Below the pieces are notes generated by a model that did no database searches, was not told where the DNA came from, and saw only the letters and a list, made by a program, of their open reading frames with translations. A stretch of 32,501 bases of DNA, from contig JBFMGU010000120.1 of the NCBI GenBank assembly GCA_040752415.1, positions 1-32,501 on the forward strand, written 5' to 3'. Shown here piece after piece: positions 1 to 9,057 of this stretch. The position numbers and the translations under genes were made by a program. The DNA comes from Myxococcota bacterium (GTDB lineage: Bacteria > Myxococcota > JACRCW01). The first letter of the stretch is position 1. Every line of letters begins with the position of its first letter.

Positions 1-50
1 CGAACGCGAAGCACTTTTCCGACGAGAAAACGCCCCCAAGGCCACGGCGT

Positions 51-104
51 GCCCCCCTTCCCCGGCTCGGTGACGACGGAAAATCGTGACTGGGGAAGGG
101 GGGC
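51..104. repeat. Palindromic hairpin, REP-like intergenic element
   Basis: GCCCCCCTTCCCC (51-63) is the exact reverse complement of GGGGAAGGGGGGC (92-104). A GGGGGGTTAGG motif follows, ending at 140. Confidence 0.55.
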
Positions 105-225
105 CAGCGAGCGCAGCGGCTTGAACGTGGGGGGGTTAGGTGTTCGCCCGCCTCGCCGCCATGGCCAAACTGTTCTGACAGCGCCCCTCACTGGCCAGCG
201 TCCTCCCGACGAGAAACCCAACGCG

Positions 226-258
226 TGGTTGTCCCATCCGCACCCCCACCGACGTAAC
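226..258 (-). repeat. 33-bp repeat copy A (inverted relative to copy B at 3631-3663)
   Basis: Reverse complement GTTACGTCGGTGGGGGTGCGGATGGGACAACCA matches 3631-3663 GTGACGTCGGTAGGGCTGCGGATGGGACAGCCA at 29/33 positions. Confidence 0.8.
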
Positions 259-376
259 AACAAGTGGAAGCGCCCGGGGGATGCGGGTCATCATGCGCGA
301 GCTGCGTTCGTGGTGCGACGGGGCTCCACCATTGCCGACGAGGCGACGAGTCGCGTTGGCATCTTCGAGGTGACGG

Positions 377-925
377 ATGTTCGAGGTGACACCGCATGGA
401 GTCGCAATTGCGTTGGGGCTGCTGCTGGCGTTCTGCGCCGGGTGTGGGCAGCGGAACCTGGAGGAGATCCAGGTGGCGTCGATCCACAGCTTCTCCGTGG
501 ACTCCCTGGGGCACGTGGGGGTGGTGGGCACCATCACGTCGGGAGAAGGTCGGATCGCGTTCGTTGACACGTCGGGGAAGGGCTGGCGCTGCGAGGTGAA
601 TCTGCAGGGGCCAGGCATTGGCGTGGACATTGGCGGGTACGCGCTGGCGGACGACCCGTTCGGGCTCTTCGAGAGCAGCACGATGCGTCTGCCGTCGGGG
701 AAGACCCTGAGCGCGGACAAGTTGATGGGCGTGTACTCGGGGGAGCATGGTGGCGTGCAGTTGGGACTTGGAATCGCGAGTCATGAGCTGACGAATCCGT
801 CCGGCGTGACCATCAAGATCACCAATTCCGCCGTGGGCGCGGGGATCAACGCGTCGCTGGAGTGGTTGTCGCTCAGTGACTGTGACCCGGAGTCCACGTC
901 GCTTGGCTCCGACGGCGGACCGTGA
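377..925 (+). CDS. Putative lipoprotein with Gly-rich beta-strand domain (DUF992/DUF1134-like)
   Basis: GAGG RBS at 367-370 and hydrophobic signal with lipobox-like LAFCAGC. The pattern G-x-Y-S-G...G-x-G...L-x-N-x-x-G-V...G-A-G-I recalls DUF1134/DUF992 proteins (from memory). Confidence 0.6.
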   Translation: MFEVTPHGVAIALGLLLAFCAGCGQRNLEEIQVASIHSFSVDSLGHVGVVGTITSGEGRIAFVDTSGKGWRCEVNLQGPGIGVDIGGYALADDPFGLFESSTMRLPSGKTLSADKLMGVYSGEHGGVQLGLGIASHELTNPSGVTIKITNSAVGAGINASLEWLSLSDCDPESTSLGSDGGP

Positions 926-952
926 TGTGTCCGTCGAGCTAGACTGGCCTGG

Positions 953-3634
953 ATGCGACGCGTCTGGCTCATCTCCCTGCTGGTCCTGCTCTCCTGCCCC
1001 AAGCCGCCTCCCGACGAGCCGGTGCCTCCCACCCAGCTTCCGCTCGACGAGCCGCTGTCCGCCGGACAGGCCCGCTGCGGCCTGGTGACGACGGAGCGCG
1101 AGCTCATTGGCGGCGCGGGCGCGTACCTGGAAGTGGGGAAGAGTTGGCGCTGCTACAACGGCTTGGTGCGCTTTGGCGGCGCGCTGCGTGAGGGCGCGGT
1201 GGGACTGGCGTTGTACGGCGGAGCCCTGCTGGACGCCGACGTGGTGCGCGCCAACGAGGACGAGGCCGGCGAGGACCTCCTGCGCGAGATGTTCCCCGCG
1301 CCCGGCTTCATGGGCGTCGACGTGCAGGACGTCCAGGTCCTCAAGAGCGGCGCGGAAGGCGGGGAGGCCATCATCCGCGTCGTCGGAAAGAGCGCGCCGC
1401 TGGGGGTGTTGCCGCAGGTGGCTCTCCTCCAGCACCCGTTCCAGGGCGACGTCATCACCGATTTCATCATGCGCCCCGACGTCTGGTACCTGGAAATCAC
1501 GACGACGGTCATCAACAACGAGCCCACCGCCATCGACATCACGCTGGGCGACTTCCTCGCGCTCGGCAACGGGGTGCGCGCGTTCACGCCGGAGAGCGGC
1601 TTCGACGACAGCGGGTTCTTCTCGGCGGCGAGTGCTTACGTCGGCGTGGGGAAGAACATCAGCTACGCGTACACGTTGAAGGAGGGCCGCTTCACCATTC
1701 CCTTCGTCGACGCGGGGGGGACCGGTACGTTGGTGAAACCGGATGTGCTCGTCACCGACCAGGAAAGCTACACCCGCTACCTGTTCGTCTACCCAGGCGG
1801 CGCCGCGGACGTGCTGGGGCAGGTCTACCAGTTGCGCGGCGAGCCGTGGGGAGTCCTGGGCGTGGCGCTCAAGCGGGGCGGGCAGGATGTCCCCGGCACT
1901 ATCACGCTGTACCGGGCGCCGCTGACGCCGGAGAGCAAAGCGGTCACCCAGTTCTCGTCGAGCAACAGCCTGCTCGGCGGAAAAGCGGTGCCGGTGGGTA
2001 CCTACGTCATCAAGGCGCAGGCTGATGGCTCCGAGGTGCTTATCCACGACGAGGAAGTGACGGTTGGCGAACGCGAAATGAAGTGGGCCACCATGGAGTT
2101 CAACCCCAACGTCACCGTCGAGTTCCACGCGCACGAGGTGGATGCCAACGGCGCGGACCTGGGACCCATTCCGGCAAAGCTCAGCGTGCTCCCGCTCAAC
2201 GCGCCTCGTCCCGACGGAGACATGGCACGCACCCTCGGCGGAGGCCTCACGACCTATCGCGTTTCCCCCGACGGCGTGCTCCAGGCGGACCTTCCCGCGG
2301 GCGAATACCGCTTCTTTGTCAGCCGCGGCCCCGAGTACGAGCTGTTCACGCACGAGGCCAGCCTGCAGCCTGGTAGCTCGCTGGTGCTCGACGTGCCGCT
2401 CCGTCGTGTGGTGGAGACCAGCGGGTTCATTGCCGCGGAATTCCACCAGCACACCCTCGGCAGCCTCGACGCCGACACCGATCTTCCGACGAAGGTCCTC
2501 GAGAACGCGGCGGAAGGCGTTGAGCTGGCCGCGTGCACCGACCACGACAACGTGAAGGACTATGCGCCGTACGTTGCGCAGTGGAGCCTGACGCCGTTCT
2601 TCCAAGGCTGGGCGGGCAACGAGATTTCCTACAACGGCGTGGGACACTTCAACGCCTATCCGCTCGACGTGGACGCGAAGGATCCGTTCAAGGACGTGGG
2701 CGCGCGACTGTGGGCCGGTGGGACGGTGGCTCAGCTTTTCGCGTCGCTGCGGGCGCGCGCGGAGGACCCCGTCATCCACGTGAGCCATCCCCGCGCCAGC
2801 GGCGGAAAGGGCTACTTCTCGCAAATCCGCCTGGACCCCACCGACGGAGAAGTGCTCGGTCAGACCGGCGCCATCCTGGGCATGGTTCCGGAAGGCACGT
2901 ACTCCACGTTCGCCGACGACTTCGATGCGCTCGAGGTGAACGGTGAGATCGCCGACCCCACGCTGCTGGAACCGGGCAATGAATCCGAGCTGGCGCGCCT
3001 GGCCGACGAGCATCCCACGCAGATTCCGACGATGGTCGACTGGTTCCACCTGCTGTCCACCGGGCACCACGTGGCCGCCATGGGCAACAGTGACAGCCAC
3101 AACTTCAACGACAAGAGCGGATGGCCGCGCAACTACATCGTCGTCGGAGAGGACCAGCCGCAGGCGGTGACGCGGGAGGAGATCCGTCAAGCCATCCGCG
3201 CGCAACAGCTCGTGGTGTCCAATGGGCTCTTCGTGGTGCCGCGCGTGGGCGGCGCGGTGCGGTTGGGACGCGGCATGCCCGCCGTCGTCGACGCCGCCAG
3301 CGGTGTCACCATCGAGCTCAGCGTGGATGCGCCCAGCTGGCTCTCCGGCCCCATGACCCTGACCGTGTTCCGTGACGGGCGCCCGCTGCACCTGCGGAAC
3401 GAGTCCGGCGTTCTCGTCGAGGATGCTGCCGCGCCCGCGAGTGTCGACGTGGCTCCGGCGTGCAGCGGGGCGTTGTGCCACAACGTGCTGAGCATCCAGC
3501 TGCGTTCGACGACGGACGCGTGGGTCGTCTTCGTGGTGCGGGCGCAGAAGGAAGCGGGTCCGGTGGGGCAGGGCAGCGCGTATGGCTACACCAACCCGGT
3601 GTACCTGGATGTGGGCGGAGATGGTTGGGAGTGA
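953..3634 (+). CDS. Lipoprotein with C-terminal PHP-like metallohydrolase (CehA/McbA-type) domain
   Basis: Signal MRRVWLISLLVLLSC (lipobox). PHP metal motifs FHQHT, TDHD, GNEIS..GHFNAYP, HVSHP, NSDSH, and terminal YTNPVY. Confidence 0.8.
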   Translation: MRRVWLISLLVLLSCPKPPPDEPVPPTQLPLDEPLSAGQARCGLVTTERELIGGAGAYLEVGKSWRCYNGLVRFGGALREGAVGLALYGGALLDADVVRANEDEAGEDLLREMFPAPGFMGVDVQDVQVLKSGAEGGEAIIRVVGKSAPLGVLPQVALLQHPFQGDVITDFIMRPDVWYLEITTTVINNEPTAIDITLGDFLALGNGVRAFTPESGFDDSGFFSAASAYVGVGKNISYAYTLKEGRFTIPFVDAGGTGTLVKPDVLVTDQESYTRYLFVYPGGAADVLGQVYQLRGEPWGVLGVALKRGGQDVPGTITLYRAPLTPESKAVTQFSSSNSLLGGKAVPVGTYVIKAQADGSEVLIHDEEVTVGEREMKWATMEFNPNVTVEFHAHEVDANGADLGPIPAKLSVLPLNAPRPDGDMARTLGGGLTTYRVSPDGVLQADLPAGEYRFFVSRGPEYELFTHEASLQPGSSLVLDVPLRRVVETSGFIAAEFHQHTLGSLDADTDLPTKVLENAAEGVELAACTDHDNVKDYAPYVAQWSLTPFFQGWAGNEISYNGVGHFNAYPLDVDAKDPFKDVGARLWAGGTVAQLFASLRARAEDPVIHVSHPRASGGKGYFSQIRLDPTDGEVLGQTGAILGMVPEGTYSTFADDFDALEVNGEIADPTLLEPGNESELARLADEHPTQIPTMVDWFHLLSTGHHVAAMGNSDSHNFNDKSGWPRNYIVVGEDQPQAVTREEIRQAIRAQQLVVSNGLFVVPRVGGAVRLGRGMPAVVDAASGVTIELSVDAPSWLSGPMTLTVFRDGRPLHLRNESGVLVEDAAAPASVDVAPACSGALCHNVLSIQLRSTTDAWVVFVVRAQKEAGPVGQGSAYGYTNPVYLDVGGDGWE

Positions 3635-3663
3635 CGTCGGTAGGGCTGCGGATGGGACAGCCA
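3631..3663 (+). repeat. 33-bp repeat copy B; overlaps the stop codon of the metallohydrolase gene
   Basis: 29/33 identity to the reverse complement of 226-258, including a perfect 13-bp TGCGGATGGGACA core. Confidence 0.8.
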
Positions 3664-3717
3664 TTTCGTGACGACACGCTTGCTCGCATCAGGCAGGCAT
3701 CGGCATGCTGATCAGTC

Positions 3718-4782
3718 ATGACCGTGCGCAAGGTTGGGAGCTGCAGGATTGTGCGGGAGCTGGGCCGCGGCGGCATGGGCGTGGTCTATGAGGCGCTGCA
3801 GGAAGGTCTCGACCGTCGTGTGGCCGTCAAGGAACTTCCCGCCGACGTGGCGTCCCGCAAGGAGATGGCGGAGCGCTTCCGACGGGAAGGCATGGCCTAC
3901 GCGCGCCTGCGCCACCAGTCCATTGTGACTGTGCATGACCTGGTGGAGAAGAACGACGCCATCTACCTGGTCACCGAGCTCGTCGACGGCGCGGACCTGC
4001 AGAAGCTGCTGGGGAAGGGCGGCCCGTTTCCTCCGGCGGTGGTGGCCGTCATTGGCGCACGCGTGGCGGAGGCGCTGGACCACGCGCACTTCAACAAGCT
4101 CCTGCACCGCGACGTCAAACCCTCCAACGTCATGCTCTCCCGCGACGGCGTGGTGAAGCTGATGGACTTTGGCGTGGTGAAGGACCAGGCCGCCGAGGAT
4201 CTCACGCGGGAGGGCATGGTGGTGGGCACGCCCGCGTTCCTGGCGCCGGAATTGACGACGGGCGGGAAGGGCACCGTGCAGACGGACATCTGGGCCCTCG
4301 GCGTCACGTTGTACGAGATCGCCACCGGTGACCGGCCCTATCGCGCCGAGAGCATGCCCGAGCTGTTCGCCGCCATCCGCTCCGGGAAGTACCGGCCCGT
4401 GCGCAGCCATGACCCCGTCATCCCCCGCGCGCTGGCGAACATCATCCAACGCTGTCTCAAGCCGCGTCCGCGCTCACGTTGGCGTTCGGCGGCGGAGCTG
4501 GCGCGTGAGCTGGACCACGTGGCGGTGAAGATGCTGCGCGGCATCCACCCGCAGGTGTGCCTGGCGGACTTCATGCACACGCGCGGGTTCGAGAACGTGG
4601 AGCACGCCACCGAGCTGGTGGGTGGGCCCAACGGCGCCACCGTCGACGTGGGGGATGACCTGGTGGTCTCCGAGAAGGTCTCGACGGGCGGGCTGGCGCG
4701 CTGGTTCGTGGGGGGCGTGGTGGCCGCGGCTGCCGGCGGGGCCGCGTACTATTTCACCCACGTCAACCACCTCGTTCGCTGA
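3718..4782 (+). CDS. Hanks-type Ser/Thr protein kinase with C-terminal transmembrane segment
   Basis: GRGGMG P-loop, VAVK, HRDVKPSN catalytic loop, DFG, APE. C-terminal hydrophobic WFVGGVVAAAAGGAAYYF. Confidence 0.93.
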   Translation: MTVRKVGSCRIVRELGRGGMGVVYEALQEGLDRRVAVKELPADVASRKEMAERFRREGMAYARLRHQSIVTVHDLVEKNDAIYLVTELVDGADLQKLLGKGGPFPPAVVAVIGARVAEALDHAHFNKLLHRDVKPSNVMLSRDGVVKLMDFGVVKDQAAEDLTREGMVVGTPAFLAPELTTGGKGTVQTDIWALGVTLYEIATGDRPYRAESMPELFAAIRSGKYRPVRSHDPVIPRALANIIQRCLKPRPRSRWRSAAELARELDHVAVKMLRGIHPQVCLADFMHTRGFENVEHATELVGGPNGATVDVGDDLVVSEKVSTGGLARWFVGGVVAAAAGGAAYYFTHVNHLVR

Positions 4783-4795
4783 TAGAACGCGACGC

Positions 4796-5368
4796 ATGGG
4801 CATCTCCCCCTTCCTGCGCCATGCCAGCCGCATCATCGAGGACCGTCGCGTGTTCCGGATCCGCGAGGATCTCGTCGAGAACCCACGCACGCACAAGACC
4901 ATGCCGGTCACCGTGCTGGAGTGCGCGCCGTGGTGCAACGTCATCCCCGTCACCGCCGACGGCCAGGTGGTGCTGGTGCGCCAGTGGCGTCACGGAACAC
5001 GCAGCATGACCCTCGAGATCCCCGGCGGTCTCGTCGATCCCGGTGAGGATCCCGCCGCCGCCGCCGCGCGTGAGCTCGTCGAGGAAACCGGTTTCCGCGC
5101 CGCCCGCGTGATTCCGCTCGGCGCCATCTCGCCCAACCCCGCCATCCAGGACAACGTGGCCCACATGTTCTATGCGCCCAACGTCGAGCGCGTTTCCGAC
5201 GTGGCGCTAGATGACGGCGAGGACATCGAGGTGGTGCTCCGCCCGTTGACCGATGTCCCGCGTATGATTGCCGCGCGTGAAATCGACCACGCCGTCATCG
5301 TGGCTGCGTTCTTCAACCTGGCGGTGCTGGCCGGAGGCCGGTTGGGCGTGGCGCCGCCGGCGCGTTGA
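4796..5368 (+). CDS. Nudix hydrolase (ADP-ribose pyrophosphatase-like)
   Basis: Nudix box GLVDPGEDPAAAAARELVEETG, with LVRQWRH upstream and LDDGEDIEV downstream. Start moved to ATG 4796, 13 nt after the kinase stop. Confidence 0.88.
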   Translation: MGISPFLRHASRIIEDRRVFRIREDLVENPRTHKTMPVTVLECAPWCNVIPVTADGQVVLVRQWRHGTRSMTLEIPGGLVDPGEDPAAAAARELVEETGFRAARVIPLGAISPNPAIQDNVAHMFYAPNVERVSDVALDDGEDIEVVLRPLTDVPRMIAAREIDHAVIVAAFFNLAVLAGGRLGVAPPAR

Positions 5369-5482
5369 CGTCGGGGCGGGCCGGGGCGCCGCGTTTTCCC
5401 CGTACGCGCGCGTATCCAGCGGGGAGCTGCTAGTCTCCCACCCTCCCTGCGGCCGATATGCCGCCAGGGCAGGGGTTTTCCC

Positions 5483-8400
5483 ATGATGGCTGGTGCTGCT
5501 GGGCGCGTTGCGGTCACGTTGTTGTGCGGTGTGTTGGTGGCGTCGTGCGTGGACAACGCGCCGGCCGCCGCGGGCGACGGATGCTGTGAGAGCGACCAGG
5601 ACTGCGCCGAAGGGTTCGCGTGCGCCGACGGGATGTGTTCCGCCCGCTGCCAGACCGCGGATGATTGCTCCGTCGGGGAGAGCTGCACGGAGGGCGTGTG
5701 CCGCGCGCGCAACCCCGTTCCCAACGCGTGCAAAGAGGGCCGCTTTGGTGAGGAAGGCCAGAACGGCAACCGCGACGCCTCCGCCTCCGACGCGCGCGTG
5801 GGCATGGACGCGGCCATCACCCGTCGTGACGCCAGCAGCCGAGACCGCATGCTGGAGCTCCCCGACGGACGCGTCATCGAGCCCGACGGTGGCGACGAGA
5901 ACGACGCTGGCGAGATTCCCGACGCCAACATCCTGGACCGCGACGGCAACGTGGTCATCCCCGACGCCAGCCGTCCCGACGGCAACGTGGTGCGGCCCGA
6001 CGGCGGCGGCCGGGATGCCGGTCGCCCCGACGGAAACATCATCCGCCCCGACGCCGGTCGCCCGGACGCGGGTCGACGCGACGCCGGTGGCGGCGTGGAT
6101 GCCGCGCTGCCCTGCACCGGTGACGACGGTTTCGAGCCGAACGACAGCGCGGGCGCTCCGGCAACGTTCAGCGGCACCTCGGTGAGCGGGGTGGGCTGCA
6201 ACCGCGAGGAGGACTGGTTCCTGCTCAGCACCACCGCCGGTGACGACGTCAACGCCGTTCTGACGTCCAGCGCAGCGAACAACATGGTCTTCCAGCTCTA
6301 TGACGCGCAGAACACCAACCTGCTCATTGCGGAGAGCAGCCTGGTGGCCGGTGGCCGCGCGTTGCTCGCCTCAGGCCTGACCGGGCGCACGCTGTTGCGG
6401 GTGGTCAGCTACACCAGCAGCGACGCGTCCTACACCGTGCAGGCCACCATCACGCGCCCGCAGCAGTGCACCGCCGACGCGTACGAGCCCAACAACACCA
6501 CCAACACCGCCACCGCGCTGGGCTCCGGCGGTGTCAGCGGCACCATCTGCAACAGCGACTCAGACTGGTTCTCCATCCAGGTTGACGCCGTGGGGAGCAC
6601 TGTGACGGTGGACATGGTTCCCGGCGCCAACACCGGTGACCTGGACATGATCCTGTTTGACTCCCTCGGTGGTGAGGTGGGCCGCAGCGAGGCCCAGGCG
6701 GGCGTTCCCGAGCACATCTCGGTCACGTCGCTCACCACGGGCGCGTACAAGGTGCACCTCTACGGCTGGCCCCAGGGCTCCCCGAATTCCGGCACCGGTC
6801 CGTACGTGCTCACCGCGCAGGTCACGCCGCCTTCGGTCTGCAGTGACGACGGGTGGGAGGACAACGACAGCGCGCAGTCCTTCAACACCAGCATCAACGT
6901 GGGACAGACCGTCGACGCCACGTTGTGCCCATCCGATCCCGACTACTACTGGCTCTACCTGCAAGTGCCCTCCGACATCGACGTTGCCGTGACGTCGCGG
7001 GCTGGCACCAACGTCACGCTCTCCCTCTACAACAGCGGGTTGCAGCTCATGGGACAGGTCAGCGGGAACACCGGCAGCGTGACCACCCATCTCGAGTCCG
7101 CGGGGGCGGACTGGTACGTGGTTGGCGTCGAGGGCGCGCCGGGTGAGAACGGCCTGGGCTACCAGCTCCTCGCCACCGCCTCGGGTCTTTGCACCGGCGC
7201 CGACAACCACGAGCCCAACAACGACCTCTCGCAGGCCGCGGCGTACACCAACCCCGGCGTCAGCGGTGTGTTGTGCAACTGGGAGTCGGACTGGTTCCGC
7301 GTGGAGGCCGGCAACGGCGACACGGTGACCGCCACGGTGACGTCGACGAACGGTGGCATCCTCGACGCGCTGCAGATCTACGACCAGAACTTCGGTCTCC
7401 TCGCCGACAGCGCGGCGTGGGAGGAGAGTCGCGTGGCGCAGGCCGTGGGCGTGTCCGGGCCCGTGTACATCTACGTCAACGCCGGAGACACGGAAGCGGT
7501 GGACTTCACGCTGCAGGTGTCGCGCTCCAATCCCAACCAGTGCGTCCCCGACGGGTTCGAGCCCAACGAGAGCCAGTCCGCGGCGCGCACCTTTGTCAGC
7601 CCGCTCACCGCCCAGATCTGCAGCGGGGACCACGACTGGTACGCCATTCCCGTCACGGAGCCGGGGACGGAGATCGTCGCCATCATGTACCCGGACTTCA
7701 ACGCGCAGAACCTGGACATGACGCTGGTGGCTCCCAACGGCAGCATCCTCATGACCGGCAACGCGCAGGCCGGACAGCCTGAATACCTGGACGTCTTCGT
7801 CGACACCGTGGGCACCTACGCCGCGCACGTGTACGGCGCGCGCTCCACCAACCAGGGCACCTATTACCTGCAGGTGGACACCACCACGCCCAATCCCGAG
7901 TGTGAAGATGACTTCTACGAGGACAATGATCGCTTCGAGACCTCGTCGTGGATTGATGGCGCCACGCAGGACCTGCCGCTGGTGCTCTGTCCGGACGACC
8001 GCGACTTCTTCGCCCTCTACCTGGAGGCCGGCGGCACGTTCGAGGTGGAGGTCAGCTATGAGCCCGTCGCGCCGGTGCGCGTCACCGTGTTCAGCAGCAG
8101 CCAGCAGACCATTGGCGACAGCAACACCGGCAGCGGCTACGAGTACATCCGCGGCGACTTCCTCCCGCCGGACTACTACTTCATCCGCGTGCGCGGTCAG
8201 AACACCGACGAGGGCCTGAACTACCGCCTCACCGCGCGCGTGGCGGGCCTCACCTGCGACGGCGACCTGGGTGAGCCCAACAACGACCCCTCGCAGGCCA
8301 CGTTCATGGACCTGGATGCGGACTTCAGCGCCGTGATGTGCGGCAACAATGACTGGGCCGACGTGTACGGCATCCAGCCTGCCGTCAACCAGGGCGTCGA

Positions 8401-8962
8401 GGTGGTGCTCACCATGCCGCAACATCCCGACGGTCCGCTCGACGCCATCATCACCGCCAGCGACGGGTTCACGCAGCTCGCCTCCACGTACAACCAGTTC
8501 GGGCAGGTGAAGACCGCGCGCGCCGACGTGCGGCGGGAAGGCACCTACTACGTGCAGATCTACAACAGCTGGGGCGTTCCCGACGCGGTGCCGTACCAGG
8601 TCAACATCACGCAGCTGGCGGAGCTGCTGTGCGTCGACGACGATTACGAGGAGAACGACGGTCCCATCGAGGCGGCCGCGGCAACGCGTGGGCAAGCGGT
8701 CGACGCCATCGCCTGTCCCGCGGACAACGACTACTACGCGTACCAGCTCAGCGCCGGGCAGGTGAACATCGAGATGACGTCGGGCTTCTTTGACGCCACC
8801 TTCGAGCTCGTGGCTCCCAACGGTGCCACCGTGCTGGCCACCGGCTACGCCAACTGGCAGCCCATCAGCTACCGCGTTCCGACGACGGGTCGGTACTTTG
8901 TCCGCGTGAACTACTGGAACACCCCGGAGAACGGCGACCCCTATACGCTGCTGGTGCAATAG
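5483..8962 (+). CDS. Large surface lipoprotein: Cys-rich N-terminal module, PD[AG] linker, 8 PPC-like beta modules
   Basis: Lipobox-like LVASC, CESDQDC...C modules and an RPDAG-type linker. Eight ~120-aa units begin C-x(2-4)-D-x-x-E-[PDE]-N and contain D-x-D-W/Y-F/Y. Confidence 0.75.
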   Translation: MMAGAAGRVAVTLLCGVLVASCVDNAPAAAGDGCCESDQDCAEGFACADGMCSARCQTADDCSVGESCTEGVCRARNPVPNACKEGRFGEEGQNGNRDASASDARVGMDAAITRRDASSRDRMLELPDGRVIEPDGGDENDAGEIPDANILDRDGNVVIPDASRPDGNVVRPDGGGRDAGRPDGNIIRPDAGRPDAGRRDAGGGVDAALPCTGDDGFEPNDSAGAPATFSGTSVSGVGCNREEDWFLLSTTAGDDVNAVLTSSAANNMVFQLYDAQNTNLLIAESSLVAGGRALLASGLTGRTLLRVVSYTSSDASYTVQATITRPQQCTADAYEPNNTTNTATALGSGGVSGTICNSDSDWFSIQVDAVGSTVTVDMVPGANTGDLDMILFDSLGGEVGRSEAQAGVPEHISVTSLTTGAYKVHLYGWPQGSPNSGTGPYVLTAQVTPPSVCSDDGWEDNDSAQSFNTSINVGQTVDATLCPSDPDYYWLYLQVPSDIDVAVTSRAGTNVTLSLYNSGLQLMGQVSGNTGSVTTHLESAGADWYVVGVEGAPGENGLGYQLLATASGLCTGADNHEPNNDLSQAAAYTNPGVSGVLCNWESDWFRVEAGNGDTVTATVTSTNGGILDALQIYDQNFGLLADSAAWEESRVAQAVGVSGPVYIYVNAGDTEAVDFTLQVSRSNPNQCVPDGFEPNESQSAARTFVSPLTAQICSGDHDWYAIPVTEPGTEIVAIMYPDFNAQNLDMTLVAPNGSILMTGNAQAGQPEYLDVFVDTVGTYAAHVYGARSTNQGTYYLQVDTTTPNPECEDDFYEDNDRFETSSWIDGATQDLPLVLCPDDRDFFALYLEAGGTFEVEVSYEPVAPVRVTVFSSSQQTIGDSNTGSGYEYIRGDFLPPDYYFIRVRGQNTDEGLNYRLTARVAGLTCDGDLGEPNNDPSQATFMDLDADFSAVMCGNNDWADVYGIQPAVNQGVEVVLTMPQHPDGPLDAIITASDGFTQLASTYNQFGQVKTARADVRREGTYYVQIYNSWGVPDAVPYQVNITQLAELLCVDDDYEENDGPIEAAAATRGQAVDAIACPADNDYYAYQLSAGQVNIEMTSGFFDATFELVAPNGATVLATGYANWQPISYRVPTTGRYFVRVNYWNTPENGDPYTLLVQ

Positions 8963-9057
8963 GCCACGTCGTGGGCGCGGCACTTCCTGCGGTGTACTCC
9001 CTTGTGGGACGCGAGGCAGGTCTGGAGGCCTGCGTGAACGCGCGCTAATGTGAGGCC

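Noticed and set aside
364..390. TTCGAGGTGAC direct repeat at 16-bp period around the 377 start
   Set aside because: Only two short copies; likely a local micro-duplication with no supportable function.
188..3664. Very long antisense ORFs (188-3664, 6560-9613, 12953-14761, 19653-23102, 30680-32293)
   Set aside because: They mirror well-supported sense genes. Stop-poor antisense frames are expected at high GC, and the translations have no motifs.
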